Program-made: the position numbers and the translations under genes
Source of the DNA: Candidatus Foliamicus sp.
Lineage (GTDB): Bacteria; Pseudomonadota; Gammaproteobacteria; Steroidobacterales; Foliamicaceae
Assembly (NCBI GenBank): GCA_965221325.1
Contig: OZ244880.1
Length of the DNA stretch: 64,000 bases
Reading direction: 5' to 3' (one strand)
The notes under the pieces: generated by a model
What the model saw: the letters and a program-made list of their open reading frames with translations, nothing else
What the model was told of the DNA's origin: nothing
Database searches by the model: none
Part shown: piece after piece, positions 1 through 9,663 of the stretch
Layout: each line of letters starts with the position of its first letter
Numbering within the stretch: the stretch's first letter is position 1

Positions 1-248
1 GTGAAGGAAAGCCGCCGATTGGCCGTGGCGAACATCGCGCATTGGATCAGCGCGTCTTCGTCCTTGAGCGTGAAGTACATGTGGCGGCCCTGGTAGTGGC
101 GGAAATCTGCGATTTCGCCTTCCACCCGCACTGCCGCAAATTCGTCGCGCAGCCGGGCGGCGATGAGCTGCACCAATTGGCCGACTTGCAGTAGCGGCGC
201 GCCTTCGGCTTCTTCGCCCGGCCCGAGGTTTACCGCTTCGCCGCGCAT
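1..248 (-). CDS. xseA: Exodeoxyribonuclease VII large subunit, N-terminal fragment (continues past the window start)
   Basis: My translation of the reverse strand from ATG (complement of 246-248) gives [73 protein letters not shown]. The GEIxxF..H.SGH.YFTLKD pattern is the XseA OB-fold N-terminus. Divergent xseA/guaBA is a classical arrangement. It is not in the ORF track because it has no stop inside the window. Confidence 0.6.
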   Translation of the reverse strand, partial: MRGEAVNLGPGEEAEGAPLLQVGQLVQLIAARLRDEFAAVRVEGEIADFRHYQGRHMYFTLKDEDALIQCAMFATANRRLSF

Positions 249-285
249 TTGTAAGATGATAGCTTGTTACGCAGTGGGTTCGGCC

Positions 286-1755
286 ATGCGAATCATTCAG
301 GAAGCCCTGACCTTCGACGATGTCCTGTTGGCGCCGGACTATTCGGAGGTGCTGCCCCGCGAGGCAAGCTTGGCCACGATGGCGGCGCGCGGCATAGAAC
401 TCAATATTCCCGTGCTTTCCGCGGCCATGGACACGGTCACCGAGTCGGCCTTGGCCATCGCGCTGGCGCAGGAGGGCGGACTGGGCGTGATTCACAAGAA
501 CATGACCCCTGAACGCCAGGCCTGGCACGTGGCCGCAGTGAAAAAGTACGCATCGGGCGTGGTTTCCGACCCGATTACCGTCAGCCCGGACAAGAGCGTG
601 CGGGAAGTTCTGGAAATCACGCGCGGCAACAATATTTCGGGCCTGCCCGTGGAGGAAAATGGGCGGTTGCTGGGCATCGTCACCAATCGCGACCTGCGTT
701 TCGAGACGCACCTGGAGCGCCCCGTGCGCGAAGTGATGACACCCGAAAAGCGCCTGGTGACAGTAGGCGAGAATCCCGACGAGGAGGAGGTTCTCACGCT
801 GCTCCACAAGCATAGGATCGAAAAAGTCCTGGTGGTGGATGAGAACTTCCAGCTCAAGGGTCTGATAACCGCCAAGGACTTCCAGAAAGCCAGCGACTTT
901 CCGCGCGCCTGCAAGGACCGGCGTGGCGCGCTGCGGGTAGGAGCCGCGGTCGGCGCAGGCGCCGATACGGAACAGCGCGCGGCCTTGCTGAGCGAGGCGG
1001 GCGCAGACGTGCTGGTGGTGGACACCGCGCATGGCCATAGCCGCGGCGTGATCGAGCGGGTCGCGTGGCTGCGCAAGAATTACCCCGACATGCGGTTGAT
1101 TGCCGGTAACGTGGTCAGTGGGGAGGGCGCCGAAGCGTTGATCGAGGCGGGTGTGGATGGTGTAAAGGCCGGTGTTGGTCCTGGCTCTATCTGCACGACC
1201 CGCATTGTGGCCGGCGTGGGCGTGCCGCAAATCACGGCGGTCGCGGAAGTGGCCTCCGCCGCCGCGCGTCACGATGTGCCGGTCATCGCGGATGGCGGTG
1301 TGCGCTACTCGGGCGACATCGCCAAGGCGCTCGCCGCCGGAGCACATTGCGCCATGATCGGCAGCCTGTTTGCCGGAACCGAGGAAGCGCCCGGCGACGT
1401 CGAGCTTTACCAGGGACGCAGCTATAAGTCGTATCGCGGCATGGGCTCGCTCGGCGCCATGTCCCAGCAATACGGGTCTTCCGACCGCTACCAGCAGGAC
1501 TCCACCGAGCAGCTCGAAAAGCTGGTGCCCGAGGGTATAGAAGGACGAGTGCCCTACAAGGGCAGTCTCGTGACCATCGTGCGGCAACTGATCGGAGGAT
1601 TGCAGGCGGCCATGGGTTACACGGGCTGTGCCTCGGTCGAGGAACTGCGCTCGCGAGCCAGATTCGTGCGTATCACCGCGGCGGGCATAAAGGAAAGCCA
1701 TGTGCACGACGTCACGATCACCAAGGAGGCCCCCAACTATCGGGGTCGCGCGTGA
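286..1755 (+). CDS. guaB: Inosine-5'-monophosphate dehydrogenase
   Basis: [24 protein letters not shown]... is a canonical IMPDH N-terminus. The protein also has a CBS pair region and the [11 protein letters not shown] catalytic loop. The ATG at 286 is preferred over the upstream ORF extension starting at 163. Confidence 0.97.
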   Translation: MRIIQEALTFDDVLLAPDYSEVLPREASLATMAARGIELNIPVLSAAMDTVTESALAIALAQEGGLGVIHKNMTPERQAWHVAAVKKYASGVVSDPITVSPDKSVREVLEITRGNNISGLPVEENGRLLGIVTNRDLRFETHLERPVREVMTPEKRLVTVGENPDEEEVLTLLHKHRIEKVLVVDENFQLKGLITAKDFQKASDFPRACKDRRGALRVGAAVGAGADTEQRAALLSEAGADVLVVDTAHGHSRGVIERVAWLRKNYPDMRLIAGNVVSGEGAEALIEAGVDGVKAGVGPGSICTTRIVAGVGVPQITAVAEVASAAARHDVPVIADGGVRYSGDIAKALAAGAHCAMIGSLFAGTEEAPGDVELYQGRSYKSYRGMGSLGAMSQQYGSSDRYQQDSTEQLEKLVPEGIEGRVPYKGSLVTIVRQLIGGLQAAMGYTGCASVEELRSRARFVRITAAGIKESHVHDVTITKEAPNYRGRA

Positions 1756-3293
1756 TCCAGGGTCGCATCCTGATCCTTGATTTCGGGTCGCAAACAACGC
1801 AGTTGATCGCCCGCCGCATTCGTGAAGCGGGGGTGTATTCCGAAATCCTGCCCTGGGATATCGGTGCGGGCGCGATCCGCGAGTTCGCGCCCGACGGCGT
1901 GGTGCTGTCGGGCGGGCCGCAATCGGTGACCGGTGGACGCTCGCCGCGGGCGCCGCGCATCGTTTTCGAGCTCGGCAAGCCGGTGCTCGGGATCTGCTAC
2001 GGTATGCAGACCATGGCCCAACAGTTGGGCGGCAGTGTGGAACTGGCCGGCAGCGCCGAGTTCGGCCCCGCCGAAGTGCGGGTGATCGCCGACAACGCAT
2101 TGCTGTCCGGCCTCTCGGCCGGGCCGCTGCCGGTGTGGATGAGCCATGGCGACCGCGTCGCGGCGCTGCCGTCCGGGTTTGCGCGCATCGGGGAGAGTGA
2201 TAACGCTCCGCTGGCGGCGATAGCGGACCAGAACCGCGGGCTGTTCGGCGTGCAGTTTCACCCGGAGGTCACGCACACGCAGCATGGCCTGCAAATGATC
2301 GAGCGCTTCGTGCATGACATCTGCGGCTTGGATAAGGACTGGGAGCCCGGGGCCATTGCGGAGCGCGCGATTGCGAGGATTCGGCGCGATGCGCCGGCCG
2401 GCGAGGTGGTGCTGGCTCTGTCGGGCGGTGTTGATTCGTCGGTGCTGTCGGTTCTGCTGCAGCGGGCGGTGGGTGAGCGGCTCCATTGCGTGATGGTCGA
2501 TCATGGCCTTTTGCGTCTGAACGAGGCTGAGCAGGTTGTCGCGGCGCTGGCTAAAGCGGGCGTGAAGGTGCAGGTCGTGGATGCGCGCGCGCGCATGTTC
2601 GCCGCGCTTTCGGGCCTTGATGATCCGGAGGACAAGCGCAAGGCCATCGGCCACTGCTTCATCGAAGTGTTCGAGGAGGAGGCGGCGCAAATTCCCGGTG
2701 CGGAATGGCTCGCGCAGGGCACGATTTATCCGGATGTGATCGAATCCGCGGCCGCGCACACCGGAAAGGCGCATTTGATCAAGTCGCATCACAATGTGGG
2801 CGGGTTGCCTGAGAAGATGAAACTGAAGCTGCTGGAGCCGTTGCGCCTGCTGTTCAAGGACGAGGTGCGCAAGGTAGGCTTGGAGTTGGGGCTTCCAGCC
2901 GAATTGCTGGGGCGGCATCCGTTCCCCGGGCCGGGCCTGGCCGTCAGGGTGCTCGGCGAGGTTGATGCGGGCAGCGTGGATACGCTGCGCCGCGCCGATC
3001 ACATCTTCATCTCGGAGCTGCGGGCCGCCGGCTGGTATGACCGCGTGGCGCAAGCCTTTGCCGTATTCCTGCCATCGCGCAGCGTGGCCGTGAAGGGCGA
3101 CGGGCGCCGCTACGAACCGGTCATCGCCTTGCGCAGCGTGGCCACCTCCGATTTCATGACCGCCAGCCCCAGCCGCCTGCCCATGGATCTGCTGGAACGG
3201 GTAGCCGGCCGCATTGTCAACGAGGTTCCCGGCATTTCCCGCGTTACCTACGACATCTCGTCCAAGCCGCCCGCCACCATCGAGTGGGAGTGA
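1752..3293 (+). CDS. guaA: GMP synthase (glutamine-hydrolysing)
   Basis: The GATase N-terminus is [20 protein letters not shown]. The ATP-PPase motif is [11 protein letters not shown], and the conserved C-terminus is KPPATIEWE. The GTG start overlaps the guaB stop by 4 nt. Confidence 0.97.
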   Translation: MIQGRILILDFGSQTTQLIARRIREAGVYSEILPWDIGAGAIREFAPDGVVLSGGPQSVTGGRSPRAPRIVFELGKPVLGICYGMQTMAQQLGGSVELAGSAEFGPAEVRVIADNALLSGLSAGPLPVWMSHGDRVAALPSGFARIGESDNAPLAAIADQNRGLFGVQFHPEVTHTQHGLQMIERFVHDICGLDKDWEPGAIAERAIARIRRDAPAGEVVLALSGGVDSSVLSVLLQRAVGERLHCVMVDHGLLRLNEAEQVVAALAKAGVKVQVVDARARMFAALSGLDDPEDKRKAIGHCFIEVFEEEAAQIPGAEWLAQGTIYPDVIESAAAHTGKAHLIKSHHNVGGLPEKMKLKLLEPLRLLFKDEVRKVGLELGLPAELLGRHPFPGPGLAVRVLGEVDAGSVDTLRRADHIFISELRAAGWYDRVAQAFAVFLPSRSVAVKGDGRRYEPVIALRSVATSDFMTASPSRLPMDLLERVAGRIVNEVPGISRVTYDISSKPPATIEWE

Positions 3294-3310
3294 AGGCGCA
3301 GGCGGCGCCT

Positions 3311-3763
3311 ATGAGCCGCGACCGGCGGCACATGCTGCGGGCTCTGGAGCTGGCTCGCGAAGCGGCGCGCTGCGGCGAGGTGCCGGTGGGCGCGGTACTG
3401 GTCCTGGACGGCCGCGTGCTGGGGGAGGGTCGCAATCGTATGACTGCCGCAGCAGATCCCGGCGCGCACGCGGAAATGGAGGCTCTGCGGGCTGCCTGCA
3501 AGGTGCAGGGCAACTACCGTTTACCAGGCGCGGAGCTCTTCGTTACCCTTGAGCCTTGCGCAATGTGTGCAGGCGCGCTGGTGCTGGCCCGCGTTGCGCG
3601 CGTCGTGTATGCCGCCGCCGATCCCAGGTCGGGCGCCGCCGGCAGCGTTCTCAACGTGCTTCAGAACCCCGCTCTGAATCATCGCTGCGACCTGGATTCG
3701 GGGCTGCTGGCCAGCGAATCCGCGGAATTGCTGCGCTCGTTCTTCCGAGCGCGACGCGCCTGA
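3311..3763 (+). CDS. tadA: tRNA adenosine(34) deaminase
   Basis: The CDA zinc motifs HAEMEAL and PCAMCAGAL are present, and the size is about 150 aa. The start is ambiguous between 3284 and 3311. Confidence 0.9.
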   Translation: MSRDRRHMLRALELAREAARCGEVPVGAVLVLDGRVLGEGRNRMTAAADPGAHAEMEALRAACKVQGNYRLPGAELFVTLEPCAMCAGALVLARVARVVYAAADPRSGAAGSVLNVLQNPALNHRCDLDSGLLASESAELLRSFFRARRA

Positions 3764-3823
3764 ACTCCTGGTGTCCCGTAGGCTCGCCATCCCGGGCGCT
3801 TGCGTGGATATGATTGAGATGCC

Positions 3824-4849
3824 GTGATGGTCTGCAATTCGATTCGATCCGCTAGCGTGGATTGCGGCAGTCCTGGTTTCCGGGCCGTCGCTCTCGTTGG
3901 CTGGGCATCCGTCCTCGCGCTTGCCGGAGGCTGCGTGGGCGACCCGTCGCCGTTGCCGCTGGTGGGCACGCTGGAGCGCGAGCGGGTCGAACTCGTGGCC
4001 GAGTTTCAGGAACCCATCGTGCAGGTGGAAGTTGTGGAAGGGCAGCGGGTAGCAGCGGGGGAACTGCTGATGCGGCAGGACGGCGCGCGGCTGGAACAGG
4101 ATCTGAAGGCGGCCGCAGCCGCGGAGCTTGGGGCCCGGCAGCGCCTCGCGGAACTGGTGCGCGGGCCGCGCGAAGAAGCAATCCGCGCGGCGCGGGCCCG
4201 CTTCGAAGGCGCGCGCGAAATCCTCGAAGTAAGCTCTCGGGAACATCTGCGCCTTGAGGGTCTTGCCGCCCAGAACATCGTCAGCCGCAACGATGTGGAT
4301 CGCGCCCTGCGGTCCGTGGAAGTGGCGCGCACCGAGGTGGAGGCGCTGGGCGCGGTTCTGGAAGACCTGCTCGACGGTGCAACTGTGGAACAACTAGGTC
4401 AGGCGGAAGCGGCCGTTTCCGAAGCCGAGGCCCGGCTGGAACGCCTGCGGCTCAGCGCCGCTCGGCTGCAGATTATCGCGCCGAGGTCGGGGAGCATCGA
4501 GGCGCTTCCCTATGAACTGGGAGAACGCCCGCCGCCGGGCGCTGCGCTTGTCGTGATGCTTGCCGCTGATACCCTGCATGCCCGCATCTATGTACCCGAG
4601 CCTTTGCGGGCGCAGGTGCAGCCCGGTTTGGCCGCGGTGCTGACGATAGACGGCGTGGCCGAGACGGTGCCGGGGACGGTGTCCTTTGTGTCTTCGGAGG
4701 CGGCGTTCACGCCGTATTTCTCGCTTACGCAGCGAGACCGCAGCCGGCTTGTTTATCTGGCCAAGGTGCAGGTGGAGGAAGCCGCGCGCCAACATCTGCC
4801 TGCCGGTCTGCCGGTGGAGGTGGACTTTCCCTCGCTTCGTGAACGCTGA
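3824..4849 (+). CDS. HlyD-family membrane fusion/secretion protein (ABC-2 exporter adaptor)
   Basis: The N-terminus has a signal/lipobox-like segment (LALAGGC). There is a long coiled-coil region and a beta-barrel C-terminus typical of YbhG/HlyD adaptors. It is followed by an ABC ATPase and an ABC-2 permease. Confidence 0.85.
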   Translation: MMVCNSIRSASVDCGSPGFRAVALVGWASVLALAGGCVGDPSPLPLVGTLERERVELVAEFQEPIVQVEVVEGQRVAAGELLMRQDGARLEQDLKAAAAAELGARQRLAELVRGPREEAIRAARARFEGAREILEVSSREHLRLEGLAAQNIVSRNDVDRALRSVEVARTEVEALGAVLEDLLDGATVEQLGQAEAAVSEAEARLERLRLSAARLQIIAPRSGSIEALPYELGERPPPGAALVVMLAADTLHARIYVPEPLRAQVQPGLAAVLTIDGVAETVPGTVSFVSSEAAFTPYFSLTQRDRSRLVYLAKVQVEEAARQHLPAGLPVEVDFPSLRER

Positions 4850-5795
4850 CGATTATGCGATTTCCTGCCGCGGTCTGACGCGGCGGTTCGGAGCGGTAAC
4901 GGCAGTGGATAACTTGAGCCTGGACATTCGACGTGGGCGCATATTCGGTTTTCTGGGTCCCAACGGCTCGGGCAAGTCCACCACGATGCGTCTGTTGTGC
5001 GGTCTGCTGGCGCCTTCGGCGGGGCACGCTACGGTGCTCGGCTGTCGGGTCCCTGAGGAAGCCGAAAAGTTGCGGCTGCAGATGGGCTACATGACCCAGA
5101 AGTTTTCTCTCTACGAAGATCTGACCGTATTGGAGAATCTGCGTTTCGTGGCGCGCGTGTTCGATCTCGGAGTGCGCCGCATGAAGAGCCGCATCGCGGA
5201 GAACAGTGCGCTTTACGAACTCGACGGTCTGCATTCGCGCCTGGCCGGCACTCTGAGCGGCGGACAGAAGCAGCGCCTGGCGCTGGCCGCCGTAACCTTG
5301 CATCAGCCGCCGCTGCTTCTGTTGGACGAACCTACGAGCGCGGTGGACCCGCAGAGCCGCAGGGATTTCTGGGATCGGCTGTTCGAGCTGGCCGACCAGG
5401 GCACGACCATCCTGGTATCGACGCACTTCATGGACGAAGCGGAACGCTGTCATCGCCTGACCTTTCTGGAACGTGGCGCCATGGTGCGCGAGGGCCCGCC
5501 GCGCGACCTGATGGACCGTCTGGAAGCGCGAACGATCGAGGTTGCCACCGCTACGCCGCGCCGCGTGCGTGCCTTGCTTGAGCCGCATGACTGGGTGTAC
5601 GCCGTAACGCAACTGGGCAGCCGGCTGCGCGTGATGCTGGCGCCGGAAGTGGCAGCGCCGGCGGAGCGAGTTTCAGCCTTGATCAAGGAGGCAAAGCTGG
5701 AGGCCAGTGTGCGGCAGGCATCAGCCACGCTGGAAGACGTGTTCGTGGCGGCCACCGGCTTCGGGCGGGCCCGTAGTGGCCCAGTTTCGCAGTGA
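4839..5795 (+). CDS. ABC transporter ATP-binding protein (ABC-2 type exporter)
   Basis: It has Walker A GPNGSGKST, the signature LSGGQKQRL and Walker B LLLLDEPT. The in-frame GTG at 4839 overlaps the HlyD stop. The upstream part of the tracked ORF (from 4686) lies inside the HlyD gene. Confidence 0.9.
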   Translation: MNADDYAISCRGLTRRFGAVTAVDNLSLDIRRGRIFGFLGPNGSGKSTTMRLLCGLLAPSAGHATVLGCRVPEEAEKLRLQMGYMTQKFSLYEDLTVLENLRFVARVFDLGVRRMKSRIAENSALYELDGLHSRLAGTLSGGQKQRLALAAVTLHQPPLLLLDEPTSAVDPQSRRDFWDRLFELADQGTTILVSTHFMDEAERCHRLTFLERGAMVREGPPRDLMDRLEARTIEVATATPRRVRALLEPHDWVYAVTQLGSRLRVMLAPEVAAPAERVSALIKEAKLEASVRQASATLEDVFVAATGFGRARSGPVSQ

Positions 5796-6958
5796 CCGCA
5801 ACCCGTCTGCGGCGCTCTGCCGCCATCCTGCTGGCCTGGCTTCCCCGAAGCGTCGCACTGTTGCTCTGGTGGTTTCGGCGCATAAGCGCCATCGTGGACA
5901 AGGAAATGCGTCAGCTTTTTCGTGAACGCCTGACGATGGGCATGGTCGTGGGGCTGCCGCTCGTTCAGATCATCTTGTTCGGTTACGCCATAAACCTGGA
6001 TGTGCGCCACCTGCCCGCCGGGCTGGTGGATCATGCCGACACCTCCATGTCGCGGCAGTTGGTGAGCACACTGCAGGCCACCCAAGTGCTGAATTTCGTG
6101 GAGCGGGCCGCGCAGGCGCCGGAGCTATTGGACGCCATGCGCCGCGGCTCCATACGCGCAATTCTGTACATTCCCGCCGACTTCGAACGCCGCCTCAGCG
6201 ATGGCAACCGCCCTCTGGCTCAGCTCATGGTGGACGCCAGCGAGCCGGCCCGGATCAATGCCGCGGAACGCATTGCCCACTACCAGCCATTGCCTCGCGG
6301 CCAGCCCGGCCAGATGGTCATGTCCCTGGCAGTTCGGAATTATTACAACCCCGAGCGCCGCTCGGCCGTGCAAATCGTGCCGGCACTGGTGGGCGTGATC
6401 CTCAATTTCACGATGATCGTGTTTACCGCGGTCGCCGTGGTCCGGGAACGAGAACGCGGCAATCTCGAATTTCTGATTACCACCCCGGTGCGCAACTACG
6501 AACTCATGCTCGGCAAGATCGCTCCCTACATCCTTATCGGGCTTGCCCAGGTCACGATCGTGTTTTTCGCCGGCTCCTGGCTGTTCCGGGTGCCCGCAGT
6601 GGGTTCAGTACTCGACCTCTATCTGGCCAGCCTGGTGTTCGTCGCCGCCACGCTGGGTATTGGGCTTTCCGTTTCGACCTTCGCCAAGTCGCAATTTCAG
6701 GCGATCCAGTCGGCCATATTCTTCATGTTGCCGATGCTCCTGCTGTCCGGCTTCATGTTCCCTTTCGACGGAATGCCAAAGCTTGCCCAGTGGATCGGCC
6801 TGCTGTTCCCGCTTACGCACTTCGTGGAGGTCGTGCGCGGGATTATCCTGCGCGGCGCCACCATCGGCGACATGGCGGCGCAGATGTATGCGATATCGGG
6901 CTTGTTCGTGGTGTCCATCCTCATTCCAGTGCTGCGCTTCACCAAGCGCTTGGACTAG
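5792..6958 (+). CDS. ABC-2 type transporter permease
   Basis: An N-terminal TM segment and a large periplasmic loop are followed by five C-terminal TM segments (YbhS/YbhR-like architecture). There is a 4-nt overlap with the ATPase stop. Confidence 0.9.
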   Translation: MTATRLRRSAAILLAWLPRSVALLLWWFRRISAIVDKEMRQLFRERLTMGMVVGLPLVQIILFGYAINLDVRHLPAGLVDHADTSMSRQLVSTLQATQVLNFVERAAQAPELLDAMRRGSIRAILYIPADFERRLSDGNRPLAQLMVDASEPARINAAERIAHYQPLPRGQPGQMVMSLAVRNYYNPERRSAVQIVPALVGVILNFTMIVFTAVAVVRERERGNLEFLITTPVRNYELMLGKIAPYILIGLAQVTIVFFAGSWLFRVPAVGSVLDLYLASLVFVAATLGIGLSVSTFAKSQFQAIQSAIFFMLPMLLLSGFMFPFDGMPKLAQWIGLLFPLTHFVEVVRGIILRGATIGDMAAQMYAISGLFVVSILIPVLRFTKRLD

Positions 6959-6994
6959 GACTCGGGCTACGACACGGACCCTAAGCCGGGCACA

Positions 6995-7000
6995 TATAAT
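6995..7000 (+). promoter_or_regulatory. Candidate -10 hexamer for tRNA-Ser
   Basis: A perfect TATAAT lies 8 nt upstream of the predicted mature tRNA 5' end. Only a weak -35 (cgacac, spacing about 19) is present. Confidence 0.4.
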
Positions 7001-7008
7001 CCTCCCCC

Positions 7009-7099
7009 GGAGGGATGCCGGAGAGGCCTAACGGCGCTGATTCGAAATCAGATGGGGGCGATTCGCCCCACGTGGGTTCGAATCCCACTCCCTCCGCCA
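7009..7099 (+). tRNA. tRNA-Ser (anticodon CGA), class II with long variable arm, CCA encoded
   Basis: I folded it by hand. The acceptor GGAGGGA pairs with TCCCTCC, and the anticodon loop is TTCGAAA (anticodon CGA). The variable arm is GGGGCG-att-CGCCCC. The T arm is GTGGG-TTCGAAT-CCCAC, followed by discriminator G and CCA. Confidence 0.9.
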
Positions 7100-7199
7100 G
7101 ACCGCCCGGCTCTTGTAGTAAACACGAATGTCATTCCTCCGCGCTCTATGTCCTTGGCTAGTGGGGTCGGCTCATCGGTAGGTTGGCTGATTCTATGAT

Positions 7200-7661
7200 T
7201 CAGATATTCACGTGTTTAGTGAACAGAGGAAGAGATAGCTTCTCAAGTTCAATCCCCTTCATCAAGAGTATTTTTTTATAGAAATCAAGCAATGTATCGT
7301 GTATCTCCTCAAGATCGTCTAGCATGACTTGGCACCCGTCTGATGAGTTCCTTCGGAAGTTATGGTCCCGATAAAAGGTGTGAAACAACCTATTGCGATT
7401 CTTCACCACTTTCTCAAATTCGCCCTCCACGCCTTTCAAGATCTTGTTGGATTTTGCGGCTTGCTTGAAAAGTTGTCCCAGCGTTCTTCTGTTTATGGCC
7501 CGATAAATCTCTGTCGCACGAAACGGGTCCGGCTTAGAGAGCAAAGCCGCTGCACAAGCCTCTGAAGTAAAGAGAATGGTGCCCAATTCGCACTCAAGCA
7601 ATTGTGCGGCTTCCGCCACCATTCCGAATTTCTGGTATACATCCTCTATATTGGTAGGCAC
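7200..7661 (-). CDS. Hypothetical small protein with a HEPN-like RNxxxH motif
   Basis: The 153-aa ORF is low-GC and looks all-helical. It contains KNRNRLFHTF, which fits the R-N-x-x-x-H (Rx4-6H) motif of HEPN RNase domains. The size is typical of stand-alone HEPN toxins. The functional assignment rests on this motif only. Confidence 0.5.
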   Translation of the reverse strand: MPTNIEDVYQKFGMVAEAAQLLECELGTILFTSEACAAALLSKPDPFRATEIYRAINRRTLGQLFKQAAKSNKILKGVEGEFEKVVKNRNRLFHTFYRDHNFRRNSSDGCQVMLDDLEEIHDTLLDFYKKILLMKGIELEKLSLPLFTKHVNI

Positions 7662-7821
7662 GTTCGAGATTCCCTCGAGTGGTTACGAATTGGTCACGCA
7701 CGCGTGACTGCTCCGGTGCCATGGAGCGGTTGTTGGTCTATCAGTTCGGTCCACATCCAAAGTAGCTCCATCGGGACAGCGATCAATCAAGGCGCTTGAT
7801 ACTACTTGAGCAGTTTTCTGT

Positions 7822-8688
7822 TCAATTTCCTGGCGCATTCATCGTCTGCCGCGTAATCGGCGCTTTGAATGCCTCTAGTGATTCACTATGAAGCCAGCGC
7901 AGCGACGAGCCCGTAGTTGGCCGCAAATATTCGTTCGCTGCATCGGTCATACGCGGAAATGTGTTCTTCAAAGAAGTTAACCATCCGCGAAGGCGAGGTT
8001 CAGCGGAATATCCTTCGGGCAACACGGAAAGCATTGACCGAACCATCAGTTCAGCGTTCTCGCAGGCGGCCTCGTGGTTGACGATCCAGTCGATAATCTC
8101 ATCGTTTCGGCACATTGCTGGCCTACGCTCTGGCGCAAGTGACTTCATGATCCTGTCCCAGTCGGAAGGTTCCACCATGGTTAAATTAGCGGTAAACAAT
8201 GCATCGAGATCATGAATGATGACACCTTGCGCGAGATGCAGGTCATCCGGATCCGTACGTGCTTGTTCCCACATCCTCGCAAGGGCGAAGACTCGATAAT
8301 CGGTTGGTGGATCAGGTGTCTGCCTATGTAGCCAAAGGTCGTCTTCTTGATACGCTTGGCGCCACTGAAAATACTCGTCAAGCGCCTCCTCAGTTCTTTC
8401 GGAAAACGATTGGTTGGAAATTCGCATCCGTAGCGCGTTGCGAATGGCGCGCGGCATCTCTTCGTCAACTTCATCCGTTGAAACAAGCACGACCTCATGG
8501 AGTTCCGCGAGTAGCCCAATGAAACGTCTGGCAGCCCTGCGGGCCAAGAGGCTGCTGTCTACAAGTGCCTGCCGCACGAGTTCCACCTCGCGCTTATCCG
8601 TTGAACAGTTCGGGGTACTCAGCAGAAAGGGCTTGTTCGGTTTGCTCGCGTTCCTTGATCTCCCGATCCAGTTGCTCGGGCCATCCAC
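7822..8688 (-). CDS. Hypothetical protein (288 aa), no recognisable domain
   Basis: It is the longest ORF in the low-GC islet and is co-oriented upstream of the HEPN-like gene. The composition is acidic and Trp-rich, unlike the shadow ORFs. I recognise no motif. Confidence 0.55.
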   Translation of the reverse strand: MDGPSNWIGRSRNASKPNKPFLLSTPNCSTDKREVELVRQALVDSSLLARRAARRFIGLLAELHEVVLVSTDEVDEEMPRAIRNALRMRISNQSFSERTEEALDEYFQWRQAYQEDDLWLHRQTPDPPTDYRVFALARMWEQARTDPDDLHLAQGVIIHDLDALFTANLTMVEPSDWDRIMKSLAPERRPAMCRNDEIIDWIVNHEAACENAELMVRSMLSVLPEGYSAEPRLRGWLTSLKNTFPRMTDAANEYLRPTTGSSLRWLHSESLEAFKAPITRQTMNAPGN

Positions 8689-8938
8689 AATGCGCCAAGG
8701 CCCGTCGGGTTACGACTGGTTCACGGTTGGATGGCGCAATCCACTCGTCTTGGTTGTGCCGCGCACCGGAATGCGGGACGCAGGATCGTGCTTGTGCTCT
8801 CGAATTCACGATTCCATATTATATGCGCTGCACCGTAATCACCTCGCGAGGCTTCGTTCAGGAACGTCGGGCGGAGAGATGCTGATCGTTCCAGGCAAGT
8901 GATGCAATAATGCGCAGGTAGCTACTGCCCGCCCGCGC

Positions 8939-9556
8939 ATGATGAAGCTGTATTCGTTTTCGCCGACGCCCAACAACCGCAAGGTCGAGGCGTTCATCAA
9001 GCATTTCGGGCTCCCGGTGGAGATCCATTCGATGGGGTTCCGCGAGCGGGAGAACAAGACCGAAGCCTATCTGCGCATGAACCCGATGGGGAAGGCTCCG
9101 CTGCTGGTTGACGGCGATTTCCACCTTTGGGAATCGAACGCCATTTTGTGCTACCTGGCCACGCTGCACCCGGAAACGGGCATGCTGCCCCGGGACCCCA
9201 GGAGCCGGGCGGATTGCGACCGCTGGCTTTACTGGCAAGCGTTTCACCTGATCAATACGATTATCGCCATGCGCGCCAAGAGCGCTTCCGCCGACCAGGA
9301 CATCGCCCTCAATATCGGCGTCCTCGACGGGCAGCTTGAAGGCCGGGAGTTCGTGCTCGGGGATTTGTCCATCGTCGATTTCGCTATCGCTCCGTACCTG
9401 CTGGGTCGCCATGGACAGGCTATCGACTATGACCCGTTTCCCAACGTTCGGAGCTGGCTGGAGCGCTGCAGGCAGCTTGACGGCATGGCGGCAACCGTAT
9501 TCAAGCCCCGCGCCAAGCGAGCGCCGGACCGCCAGGCTGCGTCCGATGCTTCCTGA
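8939..9556 (+). CDS. Glutathione S-transferase
   Basis: The thioredoxin-like N-domain reads MKLYSFSPTPNNRKV...NPMGKAPLLVDGDFHLWESNAILCYLA, with a helical C-domain. Total length is 205 aa. Confidence 0.9.
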   Translation: MMKLYSFSPTPNNRKVEAFIKHFGLPVEIHSMGFRERENKTEAYLRMNPMGKAPLLVDGDFHLWESNAILCYLATLHPETGMLPRDPRSRADCDRWLYWQAFHLINTIIAMRAKSASADQDIALNIGVLDGQLEGREFVLGDLSIVDFAIAPYLLGRHGQAIDYDPFPNVRSWLERCRQLDGMAATVFKPRAKRAPDRQAASDAS

Positions 9557-9663
9557 AAGAGCCAGGGCCTGCGGCTGGCGCGGCGCCATGGTTTTCCGGT
9601 AATCTGGCACTCGTAGACGGCGGTCGCGGCGAGAAGCGGGCGCCTTTGCAGGAGAGAGATTTG

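Larger units (their letters stand above)
7100..8930. other. Low-GC islet inserted immediately 3' of tRNA-Ser (two minus-strand genes, no integrase)
   Basis: Base composition visibly drops to roughly 45-50% GC against a background of about 65%. The left boundary abuts the tRNA 3' end and the right boundary lies just before the GST gene. Confidence 0.7.

Noticed and set aside
163-285. N-terminal extensions of tracked ORFs. They are guaB from 163, the ABC ATPase from 4686, ribD from 18523, ribB from 20337, ribH from 21289, thiL from 22310, AACS to 27101, the quinone oxidoreductase to 41912, the PP2C regulator to 50939 and the DUF3450 gene from 33487.
   Set aside because: The extensions overlap the preceding gene or are compositionally junk. 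Internal starts coincide with the conserved family N-termini and often with stop-start overlaps.
1737-3053. Long antisense ORFs opposite strongly recognisable genes. Examples are 1737-3053(-) opposite guaA, 8858-9868(-) opposite the GST gene, 15375-16589(-) and 13996-15060(-) opposite purL, 18526-20337(-) opposite ribD/ribE, 10664-11833(-) in an alternate frame within feoB, 51012-52334(-), 54676-55611(-) and 61108-62235(-).
   Set aside because: They are typical shadow ORFs of 65% GC DNA. Their products are Arg/Pro/Ala/Gly-rich and low-complexity with no motifs. Each lies fully inside a gene, on the opposite strand or in another frame, that has an unambiguous family signature.
8690-8940. A direct repeat of the tRNA-Ser 3' end marking the far boundary (attR) of the low-GC islet.
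   Set aside because: I found only a weak, gapped resemblance (tcgaattcacgattcc near 8790 versus tcgaatcccactcc in the tRNA). That is not convincing without an alignment tool, so the islet boundary is defined by composition only.
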